DNA of 64,000 nucleotides from Opitutia bacterium (GCA_016199925.1 JACQFT010000115.1:14250-78249), one strand, 5' to 3'; shown: positions 25,877-36,373, numbered from the stretch's first letter. Notes: generated from the letters alone by a model not told the origin. Made by a program: numbers and translations.

Positions 25877-27562
25877 TCAATTCTCGTTGATCGTGATCAC
25901 GCGCAACAGTTCGTCGAGCGTGGTGAGTCCGGCGCGCACCTGATCCCAGCCGGACTGCTGGAGCGTGCGGTTGCCGTGCGCGCGGGCGCTGCGCGCGAGG
26001 GTCTGGGTGGATTCGCGTTGGACGATGAGGTCGTGCATTTCCTTCGGCCGGAGAATTTCAAACAGTCCGATGCGCCCGCGGAAACCCGTGCTGCGGCAGC
26101 GTTGGCAGCCGACGGGCACGGCGAGCTCGCGCACGTCGGCCGCGACGGCGGGATCGAGCTCGAGCGCGGCGAGCGTGTCGCGCAACGCGGCGCCATCGAC
26201 TGCGGTGCGGGCGGCGCAGTCGGCGCACAGCCGGCGCACGAGCCGCTGCGCGATGACGAGCTCGACGGCGGAGGCCACGAGAAACGGTTCGATGCCCATG
26301 TCGATCAGCCGCGTGACGGCGCCGGGCGCGTCGTTGGTGTGCAGCGTGGAGAAGACCAAGTGGCCGGTGAGCGAGGCGCGGATGGCGATGTCGGCGGTTT
26401 CGCGGTCGCGGATTTCGCCGACCATGATGACGTCGGGGTCCTGCCGGAGCACGTGGCGGAGTGCGCCGGCGAACGTGAGCCCGATGTCGGGGCGGACTTG
26501 CATCTGGTTCGCGCCGGGCACTTCGTATTCGATCGGGTCTTCGATCGTGATGATGCGCAGCTCGGGCGAATTGATCTTGCGCAGAAACGCGTTCAACGAA
26601 GTCGATTTGCCGGAGCCGGTCGGGCCGGTGACGAGGACGAGGCCGTGGGGCGAGTCGAGCACGCGGCCGATCTGCGTCTGCTCGGCGGGCGACATGCCGA
26701 GGCGGTCCATCGTGTAGGCTTCGCGCCGCTGGTTGAGGAGACGGAGGCTGACGCTCTCGGCGTAGATCGTGGGGATGGTGGAGACGCGGATGTCGAGCGA
26801 GGTGCCGCCCTGTTTGAAATTGATCCGGCCGTCCTGCGGCAGGCGTTTCTCCGAGATGTTGAGACGCGCCATGATTTTCAGCCGCGAGATGATCGCGTCC
26901 TGAAAGCGCAGGAGATTTTCGGGCACGGGCACGGGCACGAGCAGACCGTCGACGCGGTAACGGATGCGGAGTTGGTCTTCCTGCGGCTCGAAATGGATGT
27001 CGGTCGCCGCGTCGGTGATCGCCTGGGCAATGATGTCGGTGACGAAGTGCACGACCGCGGCGTCGGCATCGACCTCGGCCTCGGTCGCGGCGACGGCGGC
27101 GTCGGGAACCTCCTCGTCGTCGAGGCTGCCGGCGCCGACGCCGAAATTTTCGACGATGAGCTGGCGGATGCGGGCGGGCTCGGCCAGATGCCAGCGCACG
27201 CGGCGCGGAGTGAACGTGGCGATCCAGCGGTTCATGTGCGTCTCGGGCGGCCAGCAGGTGGCGACGTGGAGTTCGCCCGCCTCGGTGTCATCGGGCAGGG
27301 CGAGCGGCAGCACTTGGAAATCGTGCACAAGCCGCGCGGGGAGCAGCGGCAAGGCGGTGCGGGCGACGACGGGCGCGGCGGCGACCTCGAGATCGGCGGC
27401 GCTGGCCAGCACGACGAGCGCGGCGGTCTCGTCGAGGGCGAGCGCTTCGGCGAGGAGCGCGAGGCGTTGCGCGCGCGGCGCTTCGCCGAGTTGCTGGCGC
27501 TGGGCTTCGCTCAGACGCGCGGCGAGTTCGGCGGGCAGCACATCTTGCAGGGGTGCGACCAT
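25877..27562 (-). CDS. Type II secretion / type IV pilus assembly ATPase (GspE/PilB family)
   Basis: Walker A VTGPTGSGKSTSL. Asp box, Walker B and His box (IMVGEIRDRETADIAIRASLTGHLVFSTLHTNDA). Tetracysteine CADC...CQRC. N-terminal T2SSE_N-like region. Confidence 0.93.
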   Translation of the reverse strand: MVAPLQDVLPAELAARLSEAQRQQLGEAPRAQRLALLAEALALDETAALVVLASAADLEVAAAPVVARTALPLLPARLVHDFQVLPLALPDDTEAGELHVATCWPPETHMNRWIATFTPRRVRWHLAEPARIRQLIVENFGVGAGSLDDEEVPDAAVAATEAEVDADAAVVHFVTDIIAQAITDAATDIHFEPQEDQLRIRYRVDGLLVPVPVPENLLRFQDAIISRLKIMARLNISEKRLPQDGRINFKQGGTSLDIRVSTIPTIYAESVSLRLLNQRREAYTMDRLGMSPAEQTQIGRVLDSPHGLVLVTGPTGSGKSTSLNAFLRKINSPELRIITIEDPIEYEVPGANQMQVRPDIGLTFAGALRHVLRQDPDVIMVGEIRDRETADIAIRASLTGHLVFSTLHTNDAPGAVTRLIDMGIEPFLVASAVELVIAQRLVRRLCADCAARTAVDGAALRDTLAALELDPAVAADVRELAVPVGCQRCRSTGFRGRIGLFEILRPKEMHDLIVQRESTQTLARSARAHGNRTLQQSGWDQVRAGLTTLDELLRVITINEN

Positions 27563-27577
27563 GGCGGAGAATACGGT

Positions 27578-29629
27578 TCAGTCGCGGGGCTTCCGGCCGG
27601 GCGGGCGATAGTGCGGGTCGAGGGCGGAGCGGATCTCGTCGCGTTGCGGGCCCGCGTCGATGCGTCGCATGGCCTCGGCGTTGTCGGCCGAGGTGTTGGC
27701 GAGCACGACGGGCCGGAGGAAGAACACGAGTTCGGTGCGGACGTTCTCGCGTTTGCGCGTGCCGAAGAGGTCGCCGATGATCGGCAACGGGCCGAGGCGG
27801 TTGGTGTTTTTCGTGCGCGAGTTGCGCTGCAGTCCGCCGAGCACGATGATCTCACCGCTTTTCACGCTGACAAAAGACTCGGTCTGCCGGCGGCCGATGA
27901 TCGGCTGCTCGTTGCCGTCAAGCGTGATGTTGCCGGTGACGTCGTTGACCTCCTGTTTGATCTCGAGCTGCACCGAACCGTCGTCGCCGATCAGCGGGGT
28001 GACTTCGAGATCGATGCCGATATCCTTGGAGGTGACGGTGGAACGGTAGCCGGTGCCGAGCGCCCCGCCGGTCGTGGCGGAGTCGTTGAGGTAGCTGCTG
28101 ATGACCGGACGCTGTTCGCCGACAAAGATCGTGGCCTTCTTGTTGTGGGTCGTGACGATGTTGGGCATCGAAAGAATGTTGGCGCTCGTTTTGCGCGGCG
28201 TCGTCGCGAGGCTGATGATGCCCGCGAGCGAGCCGGAGCCGGCGACCGAGGCGAAGCCGGTCGGTTTCCCGCTCGGATCGATCCCGCCCACAGTCGTGCC
28301 GGAACCGCTGCCGGCGATGCCGATGAGGCGGTTGGAAAATACCTGGAGACCGAGCGCGTCGATGCCGCTTGTCTGGCTGTCGCCCAGCGTGACCTCCGCG
28401 ATGACGACTTCGATGCGGACCTGCGCGAGGAGCACGTCGATCTGGTTGACGAGGTCGCGGATCAGGCGGATGTCGTCGACGGTTCCGGAAACGACGATGG
28501 AGTTGCTGCGGACTTCCGGGAGGATGGTGAGGAGATTGCTGAATTCGCGCGAAGCGGGAGCGTCGAGCGACCGGCTCGCCGGCAACAGATTTCCCGGCAC
28601 CGGGCCGGCGGGAAGATTGGCGTTGGTCGCGGCCGGGCTGGGCCGCGAAGAATCTTGGCCGGCGGCGTGGGCCGCGTTGTTTTGTCCTGACACCAACTGG
28701 CTCAGCAGGGTGGCGACGTCTTTGGCGGCGGCGTGCTTGAGGAAAATGACTTCGTTGCGCGTGTTGGGATCGGCCTTCACGTCGAAGCGCGCGATGAGCT
28801 GGTCGAACAACGCGGTCTGCCGCGGGTCTGAGATGAGGACGATCTGGTTGGTGCGGTCATCGGCCTGGTAGCTCGTGGTGGCGCCGAGCTGCATCTGGAG
28901 CGGACCGGAGAGAATGGCGCGGAGTTTGTTGACGACGTCGCTGGCTTTGGCCGACCGCAGCGGATAAAACTTCGGCGCGTTGTTGGTGAGGATCGGCTGG
29001 TCGAGGCGCGCCAGCAGCGTCTCGATGCGCTGGAGGTTGCTGATCGAGTCGGTGATGAGCGCGGAGTTGGATTTTTCGAAGAGCACCGGGGCGGCGCCGA
29101 GGTTGGGGTTGAGGATGCCGGCGATCTGGGGCAGAAATTCCGAGACGCGCAGAAACTGGAGGTGGAAAAGTTTGCTCGCGACGCGGCCGCTCGGCGGCAG
29201 CCCGTTCAGCGGGCCGTCGATAAACTCCGGCGCTTCGGCCCGCGCGAGATTGAGCGAAGTGATCTTGAGAAAACGGCTGCCGAGCGGCGACACGGCGACG
29301 CCGTTCATGTTCAGCAGCGTTTCGAGCGCGAGGACGGCTTCGTCCTTTTTCACCGCGTGGTCGAGCGTGAGCGTGTAGGTATTGGCCGGGAGCGCCTGCG
29401 GCCGGAGAATGGTTTTGCCCGTCCAGCGTTCGAGCAGCTCGAGCACCTGGTCGACGCTGTCGTCGCGCAGTTTGATCAGACCGACGGAGTCGTCGTTGAC
29501 GGGCAGGGCGGCCGGCTGCGCGCCCGTCTGAGCGTGCATCCGAAGGACAAGGAGGAGCGTCCAGACCAAGCCGGCCGCGAGACACCGGGCGCGTCCGGAA
29601 AGCCTGCGTTGGTGGCGGTCCGTTTCCAT
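27578..29629 (-). CDS. Secretin (GspD/PilQ family outer-membrane channel)
   Basis: Signal peptide after ATG 29629. N0/N1-type repeats (LKHAAAKDVATLLSQL, IVVSGTVDDIRLIRDLVNQID). C-terminal secretin core (VSVKSGEIIVLGGL...LGPLPIIGDLFG...TELVFFLRP). An alternative GTG start lies at 29677. Confidence 0.9.
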   Translation of the reverse strand: METDRHQRRLSGRARCLAAGLVWTLLLVLRMHAQTGAQPAALPVNDDSVGLIKLRDDSVDQVLELLERWTGKTILRPQALPANTYTLTLDHAVKKDEAVLALETLLNMNGVAVSPLGSRFLKITSLNLARAEAPEFIDGPLNGLPPSGRVASKLFHLQFLRVSEFLPQIAGILNPNLGAAPVLFEKSNSALITDSISNLQRIETLLARLDQPILTNNAPKFYPLRSAKASDVVNKLRAILSGPLQMQLGATTSYQADDRTNQIVLISDPRQTALFDQLIARFDVKADPNTRNEVIFLKHAAAKDVATLLSQLVSGQNNAAHAAGQDSSRPSPAATNANLPAGPVPGNLLPASRSLDAPASREFSNLLTILPEVRSNSIVVSGTVDDIRLIRDLVNQIDVLLAQVRIEVVIAEVTLGDSQTSGIDALGLQVFSNRLIGIAGSGSGTTVGGIDPSGKPTGFASVAGSGSLAGIISLATTPRKTSANILSMPNIVTTHNKKATIFVGEQRPVISSYLNDSATTGGALGTGYRSTVTSKDIGIDLEVTPLIGDDGSVQLEIKQEVNDVTGNITLDGNEQPIIGRRQTESFVSVKSGEIIVLGGLQRNSRTKNTNRLGPLPIIGDLFGTRKRENVRTELVFFLRPVVLANTSADNAEAMRRIDAGPQRDEIRSALDPHYRPPGRKPRD

Positions 29630-29735
29630 AGCGCCGAAGCTTAATCCAAGGCGCGTTCGCCGACATGGGGTGTCCACCGTAAACTCGCCTCCAAATCCAC
29701 CTGTGCGCCGGGCGGGCGCTGGCGCAACGGACTCG

Positions 29736-30482
29736 TCAAGGCGCAGTTTTAGGCACCCATTCGTAGACGTGCAAACGGGGATCGCCCTCGGCGAAAGCGA
29801 CTGCGGCGGCGTAACCGACTGCCGGTTGAAGCAGGATCACGTGCCACGCCTGCTCGGCGAAAGGCTGCCCGCTGCCGGCCCAGGGCCGGCGACTGTCCGA
29901 GGACGCGGGCAGGGTGTCGTCGAGGTGGGTGCCGCGGGCTTTGACCCGCGCCTCGTGCTGCGTCCAGAGTTGGTAGAATGTTTCGCAGCGTCGGCCGGGT
30001 TCGATCTGCTGCAGCAATTCCGCTTCGGCCGGGACGAAGTAGCGCGCGGCGATCGTGTCGATGTTTTCGATCGGGCGGATTTCCTCGAGGTCGACGCCGA
30101 CCGGACGCCGCCACGCGAGCGCGAACAAGGCCAGCGCGCCCGAATGGGAAAGGTTGAACTGCAGGTCGCGGCCGGCGCCGGGTTCGCGCAGTTCCGGTTT
30201 GCCGTTCGGGCCGTAAGCGAACCGCAGGTCGACGGGCCGGACGCCGAGGTAGCAGGCGAGGATCTCGCGCAGCAGACTCCGCGCGACGGCGTAGCGGCGG
30301 CGGTTGACGGGAAAATGCAGCCGCTGCGCGCGCGTGCGTTCGTCGTCCGACAGCGAGCCGAGGAGATCGGCCAGTTCGCCGCCGACGCGGTCGAGCGCCG
30401 CGCACCACCCGTGCGCTTCGCCGACGGACAGCCGGGGCGGAACGGGGCACGGCGGCCACAGGATTTCCGGAGCGGTCGGCAT
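29736..30482 (-). CDS. Sfp-type 4'-phosphopantetheinyl transferase
   Basis: LSDDERTRAQRLHFPVNRRRYAVARSLLREILA, FNLSHSGALALFA, VGVDLEEI and WTQHEARVKARG are PPTase motifs P1-P3. The internal ATG at 30482 was chosen because the longer ORF-track form runs through the ABC gene in another frame. Confidence 0.88.
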   Translation of the reverse strand: MPTAPEILWPPCPVPPRLSVGEAHGWCAALDRVGGELADLLGSLSDDERTRAQRLHFPVNRRRYAVARSLLREILACYLGVRPVDLRFAYGPNGKPELREPGAGRDLQFNLSHSGALALFALAWRRPVGVDLEEIRPIENIDTIAARYFVPAEAELLQQIEPGRRCETFYQLWTQHEARVKARGTHLDDTLPASSDSRRPWAGSGQPFAEQAWHVILLQPAVGYAAAVAFAEGDPRLHVYEWVPKTAP

Positions 30483-30496
30483 GGACGGGAAACCCG

Positions 30497-32167
30497 CTAG
30501 CGGCCGGGTGCCACCGCCAGCGCGGACCGGACGGGCCCGGTTTCCTGGGCCGGAGCGGCGACGAGCTGGCCGTAGTCGAGCTTGAGGACGCGGTCGGCGA
30601 GATGGAAATAGCGGTCGTCGTGCGTGATCACGAGGACGGTCTTGCCGCGGTTGCGCAGTTCGGGTAGGAGCTGCCGGTAGAAAATGTCTTTGAACAACGG
30701 GTCCTGGTCGGCGGCCCATTCGTCGAAGACGTAGCACGGCCGGTCTTCGAGATAGGCGGTGAGCAGCGCGAGGCGCTTGCGCTGGCCCTGCGAGAGCGCG
30801 GTGGTGGAGAGACGGCCGTCGACGACATTCACTTTGTGGCGCAGGTGCAATTGCGCGAGATAGCCGGCCGCGTGCGCGTCGAGATCGGGCGTCGGCAGGC
30901 CGAGCAGGCTGTCGAAGAGGAAGAAATCGGCGAACACGGCGGAGAAGAGCTGGCGGTAGTCGTCGCGGTTGGCGTCGTCGACCGGACGGCCGTCGAGCCG
31001 GATTTCGCCGGTTTCGGGCGGGTAGAGTCCGGTGACGATTTTCGCGAGCGTCGACTTGCCGCCGCCGTTGCCGCCGACAAGGAACACCAGTTCGCCGGCG
31101 TGCAGGGTGAGGTTGAGCGGGCCGAGCACGAAATGGTCGTCGCACTGCTCGCGATGATACGCGTGCGTGACGCCGGCGAGTTCGAGCCGGACAAACGAGG
31201 GCGCGGCGGAGTGCGCCGGGGCGGATTCGCGATCGCGGCCGCGGGCGCCGAGCGACATGCCGAGCGCTTCGACTTTGCGCAGCGCGAGATCCGCGCGGGA
31301 GAAAACCGAAAGACTGCTCATCACGCCGGCGAGCGGGCCCATGAGATAGAGCGTCGTCAGCACGTAGCCGGTCATGGTCTTGGTGTTCACCTGCTCGTAG
31401 ACCGGGAGGAGAAACAGGATCAGGCCGATCAGGCAGTAGAAGAGGAGATGCGCCCAGTTATGCGCGAAGATGAAGCGCGTCTCGGCGGCGACGGTGTGGC
31501 GCTGGAATTCGCCGGTCGTGGCGTCGAGCCCCTGGTGCAGGAACGCGCTGCGGCGGTCGCGGTGGAGTTTCAGTTCCTTGACGCCGTCGGTGAGCGCCCG
31601 GAAGAGCGCGAAGAGTTTGTCCTCGGCTTCGCGGGCGAGGTGCAGCGACCGGAATCCGCTCGTGATGAAAAGCCGGTAGAAGCACGCGCCGAAAAGGATG
31701 AACAGGCCCATCACGAGGAGCAGATGCCACGACAGCCACCCGAGATAGATCGAGCCGCCGAGGAGAATCGCGGTGTTCACCGAGAGGGTGGGGAAGCCGA
31801 AGAGCGCGGCGGTGAGCGAGGTGACGTCTTCGGTCAACGCGGCCATGAGCCGCGGGGCGCCGAGTTCCTCGAGCTGGCGGAGCGGCACCGCGAGGATTTT
31901 GCGGACGAGTTCGCCGCGGAGGTCGGACACCGCCTGCTGCGAAAAGCGGATCAGCCAGACCTGGGAGAAATAGCCGGTGACGATCTTGCCGGCGACGAGC
32001 GCGACGAAGCCGAGCAGCAACGGGCGGGTGAGCGAGGCGGGTTCGTTGACGATGGTGTTGATGAGGGCGATCAAGCCGGCGTTGCAAACGCCGCTGAACA
32101 GGGCGGTGAGGGCGGTGACGGCGACCATGCCGCGGCATTTCAGGAGGAGAAACCGGATGAGGTTCAT
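30497..32167 (-). CDS. Cyclic-peptide-type ABC exporter (fused TMD-NBD; SyrD/PvdE/YojI-like)
   Basis: Six-helix TMD starting MNLIRFLLLKCRGM. NBD with Walker A GGNGGGKSTLAKI, signature LSQGQRKRLAL and Walker B CYVFDEWAADQDP. ATGA overlap with the NRPS gene upstream. Confidence 0.9.
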   Translation of the reverse strand: MNLIRFLLLKCRGMVAVTALTALFSGVCNAGLIALINTIVNEPASLTRPLLLGFVALVAGKIVTGYFSQVWLIRFSQQAVSDLRGELVRKILAVPLRQLEELGAPRLMAALTEDVTSLTAALFGFPTLSVNTAILLGGSIYLGWLSWHLLLVMGLFILFGACFYRLFITSGFRSLHLAREAEDKLFALFRALTDGVKELKLHRDRRSAFLHQGLDATTGEFQRHTVAAETRFIFAHNWAHLLFYCLIGLILFLLPVYEQVNTKTMTGYVLTTLYLMGPLAGVMSSLSVFSRADLALRKVEALGMSLGARGRDRESAPAHSAAPSFVRLELAGVTHAYHREQCDDHFVLGPLNLTLHAGELVFLVGGNGGGKSTLAKIVTGLYPPETGEIRLDGRPVDDANRDDYRQLFSAVFADFFLFDSLLGLPTPDLDAHAAGYLAQLHLRHKVNVVDGRLSTTALSQGQRKRLALLTAYLEDRPCYVFDEWAADQDPLFKDIFYRQLLPELRNRGKTVLVITHDDRYFHLADRVLKLDYGQLVAAPAQETGPVRSALAVAPGR

Positions 32168-35100
32168 GGGGAAAAATAGTCCGCAGCGGGAGAAGTTGCG
32201 CCGGCTTGCGCCGCGTCGAGACACCGGCGCAGCCGCGCGCTGAGCACGCGGACGTGCGGCTCCATGAAAATGTTTTCGTGCGCGCCGGGGACGTTGACGA
32301 CGTCGACGCCGCCGGCGGCGAGCGCGCCCCAGCCGAACTGCGGGTCGAACGAGCAGAGGAACGGCTGGCCGCGCGTGCGGAAGAGCGTCACGCGGCCGGC
32401 GTAGCGGCCTGACTGGTGCGTCCACAGCGCGCGCAGGTGGGTTTTCCAGAGCTGCACTTCGATTTCGGGGAAGAGCGCGACGTCGATGACTTCGTCGAGA
32501 TCGAAATCCTCCGCACTCGGCGGCCGGCTCCGGTGCGCGAGCGAACGGGTGAGCCGCCGCCACAGGGTGCGGAATTTGCGGCGCACGAACCGGCGGCGTT
32601 CAACCGGAGTCTGGTGGAGAAAATCCTGCAGCCAATAGACCGTGTTGACGGTAAACCGGAACAGAAAGACCGGCCGCCACCACGGGATCCGCCGGTAGCT
32701 CTCGTCGACCGGCGCGCTGTCGAGCAGCGCCAGCAGCGCCACCAGTTCGCCCGCGTCGGCGAGTTGGCGCGCCATCTCGTAGGCGACGTTGCCGCCGAAA
32801 CAGTAGCCGCCGAGCAGGTAGGGTCCGTGCGGCTGCACCGTCCGGATTTCGCGCACGTAGCTCGCGGCCATTTCGTCGAGGCGGGCGAACTCCGCGCCTC
32901 CGCGCATCGCGCGCGACTCGAGCGCGTAGATCGGCTGGTCGGGACCGAGATGCGGCACGAGGTTGGTGTAAGTCCACAGATTGCCGCCGCCGGCGCCGTG
33001 CACGAAAAAGACCGGCGGCCGCGCGCCCTTCTGTTGCAGTGCCACGAGCGACGAGCAGTCGGCGGCGGCGGACTCGCTTTGGGCGATGAGGCGGGCGAGC
33101 TGGGCGACCGTCGGCGCCTGGAAGAGCGAAGCGAGAGGAAGTTTCCGCCCGAACTCCGCCTCGATGTGCGCGAAGAGCCGCCCGCCCGCCAGCGAGTGGC
33201 CGCCGAGTTCGAAAAAATTGTCGTGCACGCTCACGCGATGGACGCCGAGCACGCGCGCCCAAAGCGCGGCGAGGCGCGTCTCGGTGGGATTGCGCGGCGC
33301 GCAGAACTCGGGGCCGGCGCCCGCTCCGGTGTCGCCCGGCACCGGCAGGGCCGCGCGGTCGATTTTGCCGTTGGCCGTGAGCGGGAGCCGTTCGAGCCGG
33401 ACGACAGCGGCGGGCACCATGTGGTCCGGGAGAAATTCCTGCAGGTGCATCCGCAAGGCCGCCGGGTCCGGCGCCGGCGTCCGGCACACGGCGTAGGCAA
33501 TAAGTTTTTTATCGCCGGTGCCGGCCGGATGCGCGACGACGACCGCCTGCGCGACGGCGGGATGGCGCGCGAGCACGGTTTCGATTTCCTCCAACTCGAC
33601 GCGGAAGCCGCGGATTTTGACCTGCTGGTCGATCCGCCCGAGAAATTCGATCGAGCCGTCGGCCCGCCAACGCGCGCGGTCGCCCGTGCGGTAGAGGCGC
33701 GCCCGGGGTTGCGCGCTGAACGGGTGCGGCACGAATTTTTCGCGCGTCAATTCCGGCTGGCGCAGATAACCGTCGGCCAGTCCGTCCCCGCCGGCGTAGA
33801 GTTCGCCCGGCACACCGGCGGGCACCGGTTGCAGCGCGGCGTCGAGAATGAAGACCTCGGTGTTGGCAACGGGGCGCCCGATCGGCACTGCGCTGCGCTC
33901 GGCGGGCGCGGCGTGGAAGCGGTGGCAGCAGGTGAACGTCGTGTTTTCCGTCGGACCGTAGCCGTTGATCAGCGTCGTGCCGGGGAGTTGTTCCAGGACG
34001 CGCCTGATATGGTCGGCCGAGAGCACGTCGCCGCCGGCCAAGAGCTGGCGCACGCCGCGCAAATCTTCCAACTGGTGGTCGACCATGTGGTGGAAAAGTC
34101 CGGCGGTGAGCCAGAGCGTGGTGACTTGGTGCTCGCGGATGAAGCGTCCGAACTCGGCCAGCGACGGCATCCCCGGCGGGTGGATGACGAGGCGCGCGCC
34201 GTTGAGCAGCGCGCCCCATATCTCCAGCGTCGACGCGTCGAACGACACCGGCGCGAATTGCAGGAATGTCTCGTCCGGGCCGAAGTGCGCGTAGTCGGTG
34301 TCGATGACCAGGCGCACGACGCCGCGGTGGCTGACGCAGACGCCTTTGGGTTGGCCGGTCGTGCCCGACGTGTAGCACACATAGGCCAGCGACTCGGCGG
34401 TGGCCGCGGGCGGCGGCGCGGCGGCGTCCTCGGCCGCGAGTTCGGCCGCGAGTTTGTCCAACCACACGAGCGGCGGCGCGGCGACGGCCGGCGGCGATTC
34501 GAGAGCGAGGCTGAGCGCGGGGCGGAAATTCTCTTCGGACACGACGGCGGCGACCTGCGAGTCCCGCAGCATGAACGCCAGACGGGCCGGCGGAAAGGTC
34601 GGGTCGAACGCTACGTAAGCCGCGCCCGCTTTGAGAATGCCGAGCAATGCGGCGATGAGATCGGGCGAACGCTCCAGACAGACGCCGACCAACGCTCCGG
34701 GTTTGACTCCGAGCCGCTGGAGGTGACGGGCGATCCGGTTGGCGCGGGCGTCGAGTTGCCGGTAGCTGAGCTGTCCGTCCCGGTGGACCAGCGCGACGGC
34801 GTCGGGAATCGCGGCGGCTTTTTCGGCAAAGAGCCCGGGAATCGTCGCGTCGCGCGGGTAGTCCGTTCGCTCGCCGCGCCACAGGCCGACGATCTGGTGG
34901 CGTTCGCTCGCGGTCAGCAGCGGCAGGAGGGAAATCTTTTGCTGCGGTTCCGCGGCTGCGCCGGTGAGCAGCGTGCGGAAATGCCCGAGCATTCGGACGA
35001 CGGTGTCGTGCGCGAAAAGATCCGTGCTGTATTCGGCCGTCGCGTGCAGGCCCGCCGCCGACTCGGTCAGGGAAAGCGTGAGGTCGAATTTCGCCGTGCC

Positions 35101-36369
35101 GTTGTCGAATTCGAGCGGCTGGATTTCGAGTCCGGCCAGAGCGGGCAAGGCGGCGGCGGCGCTTTGCAGGACAAACATCACCTGGAAGAGCGGATTGCGA
35201 CCCGGGCGGCGGTCGGGGTGCAGTTCCTCGACGAGTTTTCCGAACGGCAGTTCCTGGTGCGCAAAGGCGCCGAGCGTCGTCTCGCGGGTCCGGGCGAGCA
35301 GATCGGCAAACGTCGGATCGCCGGCGAGGTCGGCGCGGAAAACCACGGTGTTGACGAAAAAGCCCACGAGTTTTTCCAGATCGAGCTGCGGCCGGCCGGC
35401 GACACACGAGCCGAGGGCAAAGTCCGGTTGCCCCGAGTAGCGGAAGAGCAGCGTTTGAAACGCGGCGAGCAGGGTCATGAACGGCGTGACGCCCGCGCGC
35501 TGGCTCAGCGCCTTCGCTGCCTGGACCACGGTGGCCGGGAGCAGGATCGTGTGCGTCGCGCCGTGTGTGCTCGGCGCCGGCACGCGCGGCCAGTCGGCGG
35601 GCAGTTCCAAAGCGGGAACGCCGGCGAGTTGCGCGCGCCAATACGCGAGCGATTTCTCGGTGTCGGCGGAGCGCCCGCCGGCCCGTTCCCACACGGCGTA
35701 GTCCGCGAACTGCACGGGCAGCGGCGCCGGCGCGGCCGCGTCGCCGGCGGCGTGGGCGGCGTAGCGTTCGGCCAACTCGCGGAAAACGATGCCGAGCGAC
35801 CAGCCGTCGGAAACGATATGGTGCATCGTCAGGAGCAGCGCGTGCTCGGTCGGCCCGAGGCGCACGAGCAGCACGCGCAGCAGCCGGTCGTCGGTCAGCG
35901 CGAACGGCCGCGCGGCTTCGCGGCGGAGCAGCCGCAACAGTTCGCCGGGGCGCGCCGCTTCGGAAATTCCGGACAGATCGGCGGTGGCGGGCGCGACCGG
36001 GCCGGCGGGCAGCACGGTCTGCACCGGCTCGCCCTCGTCAACCGCGAAGGTGGTGCGGAAGACTTCGTGCCGCTGCACGAGGTCGTTGAGGCTGCGCTCC
36101 AGCGCGGGCGAGTCGAGCGGCCCGCGCAGCCGCGCAGCCTGGTAGACATTGTAGATGGCTTGGCCGGGATTGAGGCGGTCGAGAAACCACAGCCGCTCTT
36201 GGGCAAAAGAGAGCGGGATGCGCGCGCCCGGCGGCCGCGGCGGGATGGCGGCCCGCCCCAAATCGGCGGACCGCGCGGTCTGGCGCGCGCTTTGCAAGCG
36301 GCGTTCGAGCAGCGCCTGCTGGGAGCTGCTGAGATTCTGCCGGCGGAGAGTGGCTTGTTCGTTGGTCAT
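32164..36369 (-). CDS. NRPS termination module C-A-T-TE
   Basis: C: LSFAQERLWFLDRL, HHIVSDGWS. A: LAYVCYTSGTTGQPKGV, FDAS, NGYGPTENT, YRTGDRARW, NGKIDR. T: FFELGGHSLAG. TE: VFFVHGAGGGN, GYCFGG. Hand-read specificity residues are DALWLGGTFK (Val-like). Start at ATG 36369 (MTNEQ), 4 nt after the upstream stop. Confidence 0.93.
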   Translation of the reverse strand: MTNEQATLRRQNLSSSQQALLERRLQSARQTARSADLGRAAIPPRPPGARIPLSFAQERLWFLDRLNPGQAIYNVYQAARLRGPLDSPALERSLNDLVQRHEVFRTTFAVDEGEPVQTVLPAGPVAPATADLSGISEAARPGELLRLLRREAARPFALTDDRLLRVLLVRLGPTEHALLLTMHHIVSDGWSLGIVFRELAERYAAHAAGDAAAPAPLPVQFADYAVWERAGGRSADTEKSLAYWRAQLAGVPALELPADWPRVPAPSTHGATHTILLPATVVQAAKALSQRAGVTPFMTLLAAFQTLLFRYSGQPDFALGSCVAGRPQLDLEKLVGFFVNTVVFRADLAGDPTFADLLARTRETTLGAFAHQELPFGKLVEELHPDRRPGRNPLFQVMFVLQSAAAALPALAGLEIQPLEFDNGTAKFDLTLSLTESAAGLHATAEYSTDLFAHDTVVRMLGHFRTLLTGAAAEPQQKISLLPLLTASERHQIVGLWRGERTDYPRDATIPGLFAEKAAAIPDAVALVHRDGQLSYRQLDARANRIARHLQRLGVKPGALVGVCLERSPDLIAALLGILKAGAAYVAFDPTFPPARLAFMLRDSQVAAVVSEENFRPALSLALESPPAVAAPPLVWLDKLAAELAAEDAAAPPPAATAESLAYVCYTSGTTGQPKGVCVSHRGVVRLVIDTDYAHFGPDETFLQFAPVSFDASTLEIWGALLNGARLVIHPPGMPSLAEFGRFIREHQVTTLWLTAGLFHHMVDHQLEDLRGVRQLLAGGDVLSADHIRRVLEQLPGTTLINGYGPTENTTFTCCHRFHAAPAERSAVPIGRPVANTEVFILDAALQPVPAGVPGELYAGGDGLADGYLRQPELTREKFVPHPFSAQPRARLYRTGDRARWRADGSIEFLGRIDQQVKIRGFRVELEEIETVLARHPAVAQAVVVAHPAGTGDKKLIAYAVCRTPAPDPAALRMHLQEFLPDHMVPAAVVRLERLPLTANGKIDRAALPVPGDTGAGAGPEFCAPRNPTETRLAALWARVLGVHRVSVHDNFFELGGHSLAGGRLFAHIEAEFGRKLPLASLFQAPTVAQLARLIAQSESAAADCSSLVALQQKGARPPVFFVHGAGGGNLWTYTNLVPHLGPDQPIYALESRAMRGGAEFARLDEMAASYVREIRTVQPHGPYLLGGYCFGGNVAYEMARQLADAGELVALLALLDSAPVDESYRRIPWWRPVFLFRFTVNTVYWLQDFLHQTPVERRRFVRRKFRTLWRRLTRSLAHRSRPPSAEDFDLDEVIDVALFPEIEVQLWKTHLRALWTHQSGRYAGRVTLFRTRGQPFLCSFDPQFGWGALAAGGVDVVNVPGAHENIFMEPHVRVLSARLRRCLDAAQAGATSPAADYFSP

Positions 36370-36373
36370 GCGT

